Below, one piece after another: positions 45,401 through 58,499 of a stretch of DNA of 64,000 bases. The stretch comes from Setoptus koraiensis. Its lineage: Eukaryota > Animalia > Arthropoda. Each line of letters opens with the position of its first letter. Positions within the stretch are counted from its first letter, which is position 1. The position numbers and the translations under genes are program-made. The notes below the pieces were generated by a model, which was not told the origin of the DNA, did not search any database, and saw only the letters and a program-made list of their open reading frames with translations. Where the stretch lies: the NCBI GenBank assembly GCA_048013815.1, contig CM106586.1, forward strand, positions 2,108,001 to 2,172,000. Direction: 5' to 3'.

Positions 45401-46966
45401 GTCATACAAAGTCATTTGATGAAATTACTTCGATATCTATTGGTAAATGAACATCACCAGGCTAGCCCTCCAAGTTGTCTGGATATTGACTCATTTGGAT
45501 TATTGGTAACGCTTATCATTGGCTTGCCAAAGATATACTCCAATGATGATTTCAGTTCGAATAATAGACATCTGGACAGTCAATCATGGATGACAAATGC
45601 TTATAGACATGATTATTTTAGAAATATATTACATCTTATGGTAGTATTCAATTTAGTACAAGTTCTTATATCAAAGCATATGACATTCACGAATGCTATT
45701 AGAGATCACTTAGATTCCAGCCAATATGACAGTGAAGAGTCATCAAACATGGACGTAGATATAGACAATAGTCCTGCAGCTGAAGCTGAAACAATTGATA
45801 GCAAAGAAATTAAGTCACTCCTAAGTTTCTATCAAAAGATTGTTTTAGCCTCTGGGCATCCCAATAGGGAACTACCTGAAGAATCAAGCTTATTATTAGA
45901 CATAAAAGAGCGCTTGTTACCATTCTTACGCTGTGCTGCTTTGTTCTTCCACAATGCATTGGAGGTGTCGGAACCTATCGAATTTGATGGTAAGAAACCA
46001 TTGACTAAACAGGTCGAATTCGATTCGTTATGCAATTATCTGAATTTGCCGAATAATTTCAGTAAACTACTGGAGAGTGAATCCGTGCGTCAATTAGCAC
46101 TTCAATGGGCTCGTCACCCGCGCATAGTACAATTAATTAAATCATCAATTAATGAACAAAGTGCGAAATCATCTGAGAGCACTTCAACACCAGATGCTAA
46201 TAAGACAGTAAATCAGGATTCCGCATCATCCAGCTCTATTAGATCATCGTTTTCAATTGGCTCCCAGTTCAAAGCTAAGAAAGCAGCCCATAAGACTTGT
46301 AATATTACAGAAAAAATTACTGGCGGTAGTGATGGTAATAATGATTCTTATTATTCATCTAATGTGTTTCCATTGAAATTCATCGAACAACCGCACTCAG
46401 TGAATCGACTCATCGAGTTGCCAAATGATTATAGTGAGCTAATCAACAAGGTGTCATCGTTTGTTTGTCCAAATATAGAGAATGAAGAATCAAGAACGCC
46501 AACATTATGTTTAGTTTGTGGGGCAATATTATGCTCTCAGAGTTATTGTTGCCAAAAAGATCTGTTTGCATTAAGTGGCAATATTGGTAGCGCTAGTTCC
46601 AGTGGTATTCAATTGACACATTCATCATCCAACAATCGTTCAAATATAAACAATCAATCACTGGTGGGTAGTTGCACCTATCACGCTTATGAATGTTGTG
46701 CCGGTGTTGGTATATTTTTGCGAATAAGAGACTGCAAAATATTATTGATATCTGGAAAATCTAAAGGCTGTTACATGCCTGCACCATACGTAGACGAATA
46801 CGGCGAGACAGATTTTGGCTTGCAGCGAGGAAATCCATTGAACCTGAGTGAAGAAGAATACAAACGTTTACAATTGATGTGGCTACAGCATTTGATACCA
46901 GAGCAGATTTCGCGTGCATTGGAACATTCATCGTATGCATCGAGCATAAATTGGCATCTACATTAA
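39438..46966 (+). CDS. Ubr1: N-recognin E3 ubiquitin ligase UBR1/UBR2; probable true CDS is 39438-39543 joined to 40842-46966 (2076 aa, intronless)
   Basis: UBR box (LCGRIFK..YSCQEC..CVVCIDCF..H..GGLCDCGD), ClpS-like N-domain (VLFNDEVHTYDQVI), RING (CIFC...CGHVMHHSCW...CPLC) and C-terminal PAPYVDEYGETD. ATG 39438 runs in frame into sequence identical to the post-gap copy. Confidence 0.92.
39544..40341 (+). other. Redundant copy of the Ubr1 5' region: 255 bp identical, then indel-ridden; likely an unpolished contig end
   Basis: 39544-39798 is identical to 40842-41096 (offset 1298). The match then abruptly becomes dense with 1-bp indels up to the N gap. Confidence 0.8.
40342..40841. other. Assembly gap (500 N)
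   Basis: Run of N; the round size and overlapping flanks suggest a placeholder over a negative gap. Confidence 1.
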
Positions 46967-47123
46967 GCGTGTGTTGTATTGTAGACAAAATAATCTTCAG
47001 AATAATCTATATATAGTTGAACTCTGGTAAGGGAGGGAATTGTTGTGATCACTTAATGAAATAAACAATTAGCAAATCGAGGTGCTTGCCCAGTGACAGA
47101 CCAACTTTCTCATTGGCCAATCA

Positions 47124-47477
47124 TTAGTTGGTTTGAGCCCTGGCGAAACTGAAACTAACGATTCCTCGGTTTTTGTCATTGTTCTTCTTTACTAGACTTG
47201 TAGTCTTAGCTTCCGCCTGGCCGTAGCTGACACATTTGTGTTGTCTGGTTTTGTAATTTACTCTAAGTATACATTGACAATCGGCATTGAGTCTGATCTT
47301 TTTGTTTTCTAGTTTACGGCTAAAACTTTTGCCGATACTCTTGCGCTTGATCTCCTGTTCTTCTGTGATCAATTCATCATCATGATATTCGGACCCCTGT
47401 GCTCCTGTTAACATTATCACAAGTAATATTGAGAAACCGGCGATTATCAGTGACCAGTCATGTATAGAAAGTTTCAT
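47124..47477 (-). CDS. Small secreted basic orphan protein (117 aa)
   Basis: ATG-initiated ORF with signal peptide MKLSIHDWSLIIAGFSILLVIMLTGAQG, acidic then Lys-rich mature part, 3 Cys (CQC...C); TA-rich TATA-like DNA upstream; tail-to-tail with Ubr1. Confidence 0.6.
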   Translation of the reverse strand: MKLSIHDWSLIIAGFSILLVIMLTGAQGSEYHDDELITEEQEIKRKSIGKSFSRKLENKKIRLNADCQCILRVNYKTRQHKCVSYGQAEAKTTSLVKKNNDKNRGIVSFSFARAQTN

Positions 47478-50400
47478 AATGATGATTGTGTGTATGGTAT
47501 TTCAATCAAAAATCTGATGATTTGTTGTTTACTGCAATAATAGTTAAAATTATATTATATTATATTATATAATTATATAATTGGTTATAAATGGATGCGC
47601 TGTTGTGAACTTGCTTGGTGGGCCAGCTTGGATCGACATAACTTTGTTGCGCATGACATTCTACCCAACGTAAATAGTGAGTGAAACCTAACGTTACGTA
47701 ATATAATATAATAAGTCATCTATGGTTAGTGGCCAGAAGCCAAACTTTTATTTTCGTTGGCGCGCTAGACAGGCGCAGTAAAGATCTGGTGTCGTTGTCA
47801 TCGGTGAGGAACCGATTCAATTCCATTCAATTCGATTCTACTCGATTCGACTAAACTCACTTCATATCAACTAGCTTCAAGTGAAAAACACCTCCTTCGT
47901 CTCCTTTTTCTTCCTCCACTAAATCGACTGCCAGAAAAAAGTAAAGAGTAAAGTTAGTGGCTGAAGTTAAATAAAGTATTAAACTAGTGAAAATGAATTG
48001 TTCACAATAGAGTCACTAACAGTTTGTGTTTAACGACTTGTTGGTGTTAGTTTATTAAAGCTGACGCCAAACGAAATAAAAATATAAACAAAATTACAGA
48101 GAAACAACAAGCAACAATCACATATTTTATACTTTGATCTAAATATGCGAATAAACAGTGCAACTACACCTTGTCTCAACAACAACTATTTGTAAGCTAA
48201 ACCTACAGTGAAAAAGACATTTGATCTTCTTGCTAGTGGCGGTTCTCGACAATTAAAATCGTATGACAAACAATGACAAGCGAAAAACAATTAGAAAAAT
48301 TTTCTAGTTAGTGGCCGATAGTAGATTGGGGGTGAGTAAAGTTTAATCATTCATCCTTGGCTGTTCTCAATTTAATAGCCACATTGTGGTTACAAATTTA
48401 TCAATGGGCGATTCAAGTCGTCTGGCCAGCTTCGAGCAGTTGAACTAGCTGACATTGGAACCTATCACATTCTTTGTTTTAGTGTGTTTTATTTAGCATA
48501 GTTTACTTTACCTGGTATCACTGCATAATCAGTAGCGCAACAGCAAACAACATAACGATAATAAATAAATCTAGTCTACGTCTATCTATCTTACGTAATG
48601 ACCATATTGAGCACTCTCTATTATAAGATAATCGACAGATAAAGATCCCCCCCCCCCCCCAGAACACTTGCATTAATGCAGCGTAAATAGATGGATTTAT
48701 CGGGTACAAATAACGATTGTGTCCGCTGTAGCTAACGTTAGTTGCAAGTAAAAGAACAGGCCTCGTCCGATATCCATTCTGATTTTAGCAACTTAGATTT
48801 TATGTGATCCCATGTGTGTGCACTGGTCACACTGAGGATCACATTAGATCGTCGTTACTTACAAACAAACATAAAAGCTGGAGCTAATATCATTTTACAC
48901 AAGTGTTTAGTTGCATTAGAAGGGTACAATTGAATGGCTGTTGAATAACTAAATACATTAGTCGAATGACGTCTCTCTATCGGGCTGTCGGTTGCAGCTA
49001 GACCTGAACAATGCCGGCCTGCTCGAGTCAGTCTGTTTGATTTGACAAATGAATGAATAAAAAAGAATAGGACAAAGCCAAGTTATATACTGTGTTATCA
49101 TCCGTTTGAATGGTCGTTTTGTTTTACATTAAACTAAAACTATTCATCTCCCAATGTGCATATATGCATTTCATCGTATGTTTGTTGTTGTCCATTGACT
49201 CACTGGTCGCTCAATCAATTGACCGCAAATGCAATTATCTGACAATGTCACAAAAACTGAGCACCGTCGCCATTATCATAGAAGCGCAACTCTAATTCAG
49301 CATATCCAAACCAATGGCGAAGAGAGACAAGAAAGGTGAATAGATGTACTTTTGTTGTATACTTGATGTCAAATTGAAATGTTATTCATGTTGTGTCATT
49401 ATGGTATGGTTGTTGCAAGTTGCAACCATCCGTTTTGTTTTATTCTGTTCTGCTTCCTTGGATTGAAAGTGTATACTTTTACTTATCTCACTTAGCGGTC
49501 AGTTTGCTTGTTTTCTTGTGGCACTATGTCAGTTGTCAGATAGTGTGTGTTTTGGATTGAACTTGACTCAACAATAACAATAGAGGATGCAAATTAGTGT
49601 CTTGGTAGTGGCGAATGATGATAATAAGTTTCACTTGCCTTGCGATCTCTCTAACAATCTTGCTGTAGTGAGATATGCTTGAATTGTTGCTCGTCAACAC
49701 AAACACACGTACTTGACCAAAAAAGAAAAGAAACATTTAGAGCGAGACACTTTTACTTAGCATTTGCATTCGATTTGAAAGGGACGAAGCCAGCATTTTT
49801 GGCGAATTCTGTTCGCTTCATGTCCGCTATGGACGCATTGTAAAAGCGTATGTTTGCCAGTTATACTGAGTCTTCATTCAAAAGGCACAATGATGATTCT
49901 TCAGTGCGATTCGTACAGGATCCTGTACGATCATGCTACTTGGTACAGTTCAAGTCAAGAATATTCTTATATCGGATTACATTACTGTTGTATTGCATGC
50001 TTCGTTTCGGTTGTTGGCCAGGTGATTATGGCTAATGATAGTTTTCAAATTTTGTTTCCAATGCTGGCTTTGGTTGTTCGTTCAACTTAAGTCATAAACC
50101 TATTTTTAGTTATGCAGTGGCATTTGGTGGACATGCATCTGAACAGTGTACTGGTTATGCTCGTGCCAAGTAATTCTTTTTATGTGCCAAATATCTGGAT
50201 GTTAATCAGTCAGCTAGATTGTGTATTCATCTGGTCGTAATAGTGTCGCCAGGATAAAGTGGTACGATAGTGGTACCAAAGTCACAGTTGATATAGTCAC
50301 GCTATTGCCCTTGGCAAGAGGACACAAAAGTGGCCAGTTGGTCGCCAGACAGTGTATTTGTGATTGTGCGAGCTTTGTCGTGCTGTCGTCTGTTCGAGTA

Positions 50401-52735
50401 GGCTCAACCCTAACAGGTATTTTGGTTTGATGTAACCACAGTAGACGAGAGAAAGAAATAATTAGATCAAGAGAGAAAGTGGCCCCAAGTGATAAATACA
50501 GTGTGCTAAGTAGTAGCTTTAGTTGACCTTTGGCCTTGCTCCATCTTGCAGCGTGCAGTGATATCATAGTCAAATTGTTGGCCCAGTCGCTGTAATGGCG
50601 ATGGGCATAAGTGAGCTCAGCAGCGACACCAAATCGAGGAATTATCCTCGAAACGAGAATGAGCCTCATGTTTTCATTGTCGCAGCTTAGATTGTTTGTT
50701 TGTTTGTTTGTTTGTTTGTTTGTTTGCCCGCTTGGTTGCTTGGTTGCTGTGAAGATGAGAATAGGCGTCTGTTTGTGTTACTTTAAGTGCGTTAACTAAT
50801 CGTCGTACTCAACCGATCTGTTTGCTTGGCGAAATCTACCTGATAAGACTGAAACAAAGCGCCAGAGAGACGCGCTGCTGGTCAGCGGTGCCAGTGCTCA
50901 AGGGACAGCGCTGCCACCAACCAGCAACAACAACTGAAGCAGCAACTGCAAGATGCGAATGAGAATGAGAAAGATAAGCTCAGGGTGTCAGATTGGTGGC
51001 GACTCGAGCCATCTAAAATGGGGCCCATTGCACCTCGAGAATAACAAGTTAAACAAGAATATCATTTGTTCACCTGTCTCATTCTCTTTCTTTGCACTTA
51101 AGCAGCGCACTGTCAAACTATTGGTGCGCACAACAAAGTAAGAGCAAGCTAAACGAACGAACAAACAAACAGATAAATGGATCGTCATTAGTATTATAGT
51201 TCTCTCTCGCAATTGTAAGTGACTTTACTCTTCTTCCTCTTTAATTCTATATATCACACACACAGTGAGGCAACAACAGCGACAGCGACAGCAACACCAT
51301 CAGCATCAACAACAAGTTCAATTAGGCTCGCGAAAGAGACATGGACACCATTGTTGCAGCAATGTTGTTATACTCACAGGTCAGTGTGTGTGTTACGTCA
51401 TTCTGAATGAATCAGCATCATAATGGCCAACTAATAAGTAAGTAAGTATTACAGCAGCGTGGTAGTAGCATTGTTTCACAGTGCCTACATCTACCTTTGC
51501 TTGCAATGATGCAACTTAACCTGCACAACAGCTTACAAGTTATATAACAAACTAGATTACACAATCAATACTTACGCTCAATACGAATTGTGTGTGTGTG
51601 TGTGTGTGTGTCATAATTGAGATTGAATGACAACTATTGTCAATGTTCAATACAAATGTTGCGCAATCCATTTGTGCCAATACAAATAGTTAACAAATAG
51701 TTTGCTGTCGTGCAATAATACTTGGTGTTGCTTTTGCACGCACGTGTACACATAGATATAAACATAAATACAACGACCAAATACAAAATGAACCTCAATT
51801 GCTATCACAACTCACCACAGTCTAGATTGAGTTGCCCAATTGAGCTGGCCAAGAAAATACACAGATAACAACTAAAGCCTAATATTTAGATTAATCATAC
51901 TATTTATTCGAGCGCAGTCCCAATGCTTTTGTTCCAATTCAGAGTATGTGATCAAAGTTGCAAAATAGTGGATATTTTGACAATTTTATATGTTCGAAAA
52001 ATAACGAATCGAGCATGGTTGATGAGTGAACAGACACAGTTGATATTCAGACATCTCTCTAATGTCAAATTAAGGATCTAACATATCGTGTCGCATTGGG
52101 TGAGCAAAAAAAGAGAAAGTAATAAATATTTTAAGAGTTATTTTAAGAAGACAATATATAATATCTAATATATATTGCGATATTGACAGATAAGATAACA
52201 CAAACAGACAGATGGCCAGACAAACAAATAGACAAATAGATCTTATCTGACCTTTTCACTTCCACTTACTTTTGTTCACTTGTGTGTCAGTTGTAATGAA
52301 ACAAGAATTAGCTCAATGCAAGCAACATCACTAACAACTACAATTTGTATACTATTGTATTGCACAACAAGCTCAACAACAGAAACAGCAACAGCAACAA
52401 CAGCAGCAACAGCAACAACAGCAGCAACAATAACAGTAGTGTTGTGTTGCAATCAACTTGATATAATATATAGAGTTACTTTTCACTTATTGTTGTACGT
52501 GTTACATGACAACAATAAGTTTGATATGCTGGCCAGTGATAGATGTTGCTGATCAAGATGGTCAGCGGCAGCATCGGGTGTCATTGGTCATTTTCTTTTT
52601 CATTTTCTTTTTGAGTTGATGTTGAGTTTAACAGACACGATTATTATTATTGATAATATATCTTGTTACGTAACATACCATTCTTCTCTATCTGTCAGCG
52701 AGTGTTATGTAATAAACTAACTTGTTAGTCACTTG

Positions 52736-52754
52736 TGTGTGTGTGAGTGTGTGT

Positions 52755-52809
<55 letters not shown>
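52736..52809. repeat. Imperfect (GT)n microsatellite
   Basis: About 35 units with two interruptions. Confidence 0.95.
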
Positions 52810-52814
<5 letters not shown>

Positions 52815-53440
52815 GCCTTGTGCCTTGTGGTGGCTAGATGCTTACAAGCTCACAATGTCAGTTGGTTGACTACGACGCGCCACTAGAGACCTAGATAAAC
52901 CTGATTCAGAGCTAGATGAAACGTGTGAGAGAGACGAGATAAAATGGGGCCCACAAGAGAGCAATTTGTTGTTATTATTTTCAACAGATCATCACTGCAA
53001 TAGAGGCCAGTTGCCAATCTATTGAACATTGTGAGTGTGTGCTGAGCGGCGGTTATTATTAAATGTGTTGTTAGTTATGATAATTATAATCGTGTTAGTA
53101 CGCACAAAATACCAAATGAAACCAGTGGACACTGGCCAGATATATATTTATATAATTGCTGGCTGCTTACATTGAGCCTTGCATTACCATATCTATTGGT
53201 AGAATGCATTTGTATTCCATGCACTAAATTAGATGGAGGCTACCTAATCGAGAAACAAGTTGGCCACTTTGTCTCTCTGGCTCGCTTGCCAATATCGCGC
53301 TCTATTGGCGCTGGTTGCTGTACTTGCTGTACTTCTCATCTCATTGCTCATTTCGTTTCATTCTCATCTCATCTCATCTCGTCTCGTCTCATGTCGTTTT
53401 GTTGCTCCACTTTAGCTGTGCTGCTCTATTCTCTATGCTC

Positions 53441-53514
53441 TATGATAGCAGCGATGGTGCTATCATAGGGATGGTGCTATCATAAAGATGGTGCTATCAT
53501 AAAGATGGTGCTAT
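53441..53514. repeat. 17-bp tandem repeat (GATGGTGCTATCATA[GG/AA]) x3.6 preceded by an inverted arm
   Basis: Units start at 53453, 53470, 53487 and 53504. TATGATAGCA at 53441-53450 is the reverse complement of TGCTATCATA within the units. Confidence 0.85.
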
Positions 53515-53881
53515 ATGGCTCAACATGCACACTCAGTGAGAGGGAGAGAGAGAGCTAGTGGTGGCAAATCAAGACATGTCATCCATTATCAGTCGATTTG
53601 CACCAATAGTTACTGGCAACACAAGTTGTGCTGAGTGCACACGTCAACATTTACCATGGGAATCGATACGGCCCGCTCATGCCAGATCTAGCCAGCTAAA
53701 TCTAACCAGCCATCGGTGGGCCCGAGTAACGGTTGGCCAATGCAACGCGCTGTGTAGTCGACCAACCGAAAAGACATAAACTCGATTAACGAGATTATCA
53801 CTGAGGAGACTCATTGCCGGAATATCTGAGAGAAAGCGCCAGACACAGCAACAGCAGCAACAACAACATCAACATCGACAG

Positions 53882-53882
53882 C

Positions 53883-53926
<44 letters not shown>
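53882..53926. repeat. (CAA)n microsatellite
   Basis: About 15 perfect units. Confidence 0.95.
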
Positions 53927-54956
53927 ATGGCAAACTAAACGGACAATAAGAAGAGGCAGGGATATTTGGCATTGCTCATTATAATTCGAACATAATTCGC
54001 ACTAATTCGTTGCAACGTGCGCGCCTTCTGCCGCCTTACACCGTATATATCGGCCTGAACTAGTTGAATCGGCAATGAAATATACTTTTGGGCGCATAAT
54101 TCTAATTACTGGCACTATTGGTCGTGCAAGTTGCGTGCTATATGATTGATCGTCATTTCCATATTCGTTCATTTTAACGCACACACACACACACACGCGC
54201 CCTAGTAAGACATTAGTATTAATGGACAGGCAATAATAAGACAACAAGCGAGCAGAAACAGTTTAACTAGACACACAAATTGACTGTAGCTTGAGTAACA
54301 CAATATCTTATCTCATCAATGCATCATTTCGTGCTTGCATTTAGGTTTATATATTAACAAATCTAATGTATAGCTGCCATTACTAGAAAATAGGTGAACA
54401 CAGGCCCAGCAAAAGTTAGCTGAGCTTGCAAGGGGCCCCATACATCACACACAAACATATTTGTAATAATGTATTTGTGTGTAAAAATAGAATAGCCTTC
54501 CACTATATTTAGCTGTGTGTGTGTGTGTGTCTTCATCGGATATAATTGATAGATAAAACAAGAGTTGGGATATTTAGTTTGACAAGAGTTAGAGAGCGGC
54601 AGGCCCCATCATGGTCATTACGTAACAGTGGTGCGTGCAAGTTTCACGACGTGCGTCTGTACGTGCTGTGTGACAGTGTGTGTGGGAGACGAGCATCTAA
54701 TGCAACTAATATGAAGCCATAAAGATGAAGATTAGATAGAAGCATGACATAACATTTTACACTCCACTGCCAGCCAACAGCGTATACCAAACACGCCGTA
54801 TACTGGCTGATAGTGATAGGTGCACAGCAATGTTACGTAAGAGTGCCCGTCATACTCGCCAGGCAGCTTTGCACGTGCTGCAAAGGTGTATATTTTGGCC
54901 CGTACACGTATAATGTATGAGTTGGCAACACTGGGGCCAACTTGAGCCGGGCCAAG

Positions 54957-55033
54957 ATGCGACGCGACGCGACGCGACACGATGCGACACGATGCGATGC
55001 CATGCGATGCCATGCGATCCAATGCGATGCGAT
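54957..55033. repeat. Degenerate pentamer SSR (GCGAC/GCGAT/GCCAT)
   Basis: About 15 drifting 5-bp units. Confidence 0.85.
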
Positions 55034-55822
55034 GAAAAAAGAACGCAACACAACAGAAATAAACAACTTTCAGTCATCTAAAACTTTGTTTTCAATTCTA
55101 GCTGCAGTGGCCAACAAGATGGCGCTATCAACCATGTTATGACACATACCAAGCGACTATCGCCCAGACACTTGTCGGCAAGCTCGAGCTGAATTATCCG
55201 AGCGGCTGGTGTGATGCTGGCCACTCTTGTTCCTTTTCATATTAATATATTGATGCAACACACACACACACAAGTGGAGAGAGGCCCAATTTCAGTTTGC
55301 GCGACACACTATTTATAGATGTGATCTATCTATAAATGTGACTGATTGTGGGCCCCAGTTGCAATTGAAACGCCGACAGCTGGCAGCACACTGTCTATCT
55401 GTTTCTATAACTATTTATACATCTTTGTATTAGATGTATATCTAACTATATATGCAGCGTGTGCGTCCCAGGCCAAAGAGGAAATTGAGTTATCATCGTA
55501 TGAGCAATGGCATAATGAGAAGAGGCCAGCCAGCCAGTCAGCCAGCCAGCCAGCCAGCCAGGCAACCATTTCATCTTATTCAAATGGCCAATCGACTATA
55601 TCTATGAGGTGCCAGCTTGAGGCCCGGGGCCTGTGTGTGTGTGGTCATTTTGCGTGACAACTTGGCTAGCATGCAAACTCTTGTCTGTCGGCCAGCGCTG
55701 ACCACTGACGCAACCGTCAGGCGGCTGCCAAGTGATTACAGATGCTCTCATCTCAATTGCGTTCGCCAGTGCCCAGTCGCGACAACGCATGAGACATATA
55801 TAACAATAAGATGTCGCTTTTT

Positions 55823-55858
55823 TGGCCCAGTCGGCCCAGTCGGCCCAGTCGGCCCAAT
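55823..55858. repeat. 9-bp tandem repeat (GGCCCAGTC)
   Basis: Three full units and one partial unit. Confidence 0.85.
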
Positions 55859-58446
55859 GGCCAGTGTACAGCCAGTTACAGAGAGAGGCCGGATAAAAAC
55901 AACGAGCCCTTATATATTGTCTGACTGTTTTCGCTGTGACACACACACACAACACAGTGTCAACGTGCAATATCTGTGCTCCCAAATGCTCGCTCATGCC
56001 AGCGCCACCAACGAGTGAGCCAGTGGAGCTAGGAGACGAGCAAAAGTTTAAACTAAGCTGTTAAAAAATTTGTTGTTGGCTGCTGCTGGCGGCACGTTAG
56101 CGCGCGCCTTGGGGGCCTCAAAATGAAATTCCCATTCAAATTGCCATTATGAGTGGCTTCTATCTACTTGAGGCGTGAGCTCTCTTGAGAGTGTGTGTCT
56201 CTGGTAAGCTGCCAAAGTGAGATGTAGGCCCCTTTTTAGTTTGTTGTGTCGTGCACGCGCACGAAAGCCATTACTTTTGTGGGTAGCCAGTTGCTCACTT
56301 GCCAGTTGCCTGCTGGCCCCAACAACCCACCAAGCGGGCCAACACTGAGCCACCAAGCGACCAACAAACGAAAACAACACAACGCAGCGCTAATGGTGAT
56401 GCTTTAAATGCTAATGACATTCAATAATAACTTTATTATGCCATTCATGATACAGCCTACACTGATTTGAATTTAATGATTCATAACGACTTGAGATTCC
56501 GTTACTATTACTGGCCACCAGTTGGCCAGTTTGTTTGGCTGTTTGCATTGCACACTTGCCTATTGTATTGTATGGTGTATGCGAATGGGCACAGCCCCAT
56601 TACTGCGACGGTATCAGCACAGTTATAGCACAGTTACAGCACAGTTACAGTACAGTTGTAGCACAGTTATATCACTGTACAGCGTATAGCGGAGCAGAGA
56701 GTGACAGTGAAAGTGACAGTGGGCACAGTTTGTAATTTGAGACTTGACAGTTATAACGGTTTGTGTGGCTAAATGTGGCAGCCGTTTAATGATGGCCACT
56801 ACAATGACATTTGCAGCAACGCAACGCAAGTCAAGTGATAAGTGACAAGTGGAGTGACAATTGAAATGATTGAGCCAATTGCACACACAACAAGCTGTGC
56901 GAGTTACCTTGATGACACATGTGCCACTGTTAGCTTTAATGCGAGTGCTCGTTAGCCACTTGTAACATTGTGTCCATTGTGCACATAAAAATGATGACCA
57001 CGCACACACACACACACACGCTGGCCAGAAGCGGCTGACCACAGGCTGTGTGCCGTGCCCACACTAGGCTGGTCTAAATTTATGTCTAACTAAATCTAAA
57101 TTTGAGCCTAACCGCCAATGATGGGCCCAGCAAGGCAAACACAATTGTGCTATATGGGCAGCGTGGGCTTGTGCTGTTGGTGTGGCCAGTGGTGTTGGTA
57201 TCACTTTAGATTTCATTATATATTTAAATGTGTGCTTATATTAGTTTGGTTCATATTCACCAGTTGGCCAGCAAAGTTGCCATTTTGAATGTGTCACTTG
57301 GCCTTGCAAAGTAGTGACACTGGCAGCTCTATCAGTTGTATTGGCTCTACATAATGATACAGAATGATACTGAATGACACTGCATGCGGTCTATGAGCTG
57401 CATCTGGCTCTATTAGCTAATCTAATGATATGGCTAATATGCTAATACAAATGTTAATGGCATCAATTCAATTTCAACTGGTGCTAGGTGGTTGCTTGTT
57501 GATGCAACGCGCTCTCTGTTGCCATTTGCATGACTTACTATTGTAAATAGATACACATAATATAATTATCATCATATTACATAATAACGTAGCTGCTGTT
57601 GTTCAATGGTTGTTGTCATGTTGTTAGCGTGTCATGTGGTTCAAGTTGCCGGGGCCCCAATTGGCAAAATTCACTGGCTTATTCATCTTATCAAGACACC
57701 AATTGTGTGCAACATCAATTTTATTTCAACATATTTAATTTTGTATCAACGTGCAGTAGTGATACAGCTGATCTGATATTATTATCATGCTTGTATCACT
57801 ACAAGCATTGACAGTGTTGTCAGTGTTATAGCATTAGTGAAGTGTTATTACGTAATAGTGGTATCAGTGTCAGCGACAGTATGACCACTGACTATGTCAC
57901 ACACACACACAACTAGTGCAGCACGAGTAGCATAGCAACAATACATTATGCAATATTGTTGTGTTGCAATGGCATCGAGCATTGCGTAATCATCTTTATG
58001 CTTGGGCGATCTCTTTAATGTTTGTCTAATCTATTTCAACATGACCATCTATCCATCTATCTATCTATCTCTGTATCTCTGTATCTATCTATCTATGCAA
58101 GCTATCATATCTCTATCTCTATCTGTATATTAGACATTGTACGTTGTGCCACTTTACAAACAAACAAACCCACTTACCAATAGCTCGCTCACTGGCCACC
58201 AATATGCCAATGCAGCCAGTCTCAATGGCACAAACTGTAGCCAGTTTTCATAGCTAAACCATTTCAATAAACAGACGTTGCTCTAGTTTTGTCATCATTT
58301 CTTCTTCTTTGTCAACTCCATCGGGTCCTCATTTTCTCAACGTCTCTTTGTCATGTGTGCGATATTGTGCCCAATGTAAGTGTGCGTGTGTTTGTGTTTG
58401 TGTTTGAATCAATCTACAACCACCACCACTGTCATTCTAATCTGTC

Positions 58447-58448
<2 letters not shown>

Positions 58449-58496
<48 letters not shown>
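58449..58496. repeat. (TG)n microsatellite
   Basis: About 24 perfect units. Confidence 0.95.

Positions 58497-58499
<3 letters not shown>

Noticed and set aside
40319-46966. 2215-aa ORF beginning MGLTKLL followed by X residues
   Set aside because: Start and X run are created by the N gap; the real start is ATG 39438 after collapsing the overlap.
49911-49930. Perfect 20-bp palindrome TCGTACAGGATCCTGTACGA
   Set aside because: Isolated, with no extended stem or context; one such palindrome in 64 kb is not far from chance.
50214-50669. 151-aa minus-strand ORF in the desert
   Set aside because: No recognisable domain, signal peptide or splice context; sits among SSR and regulatory-like sequence.
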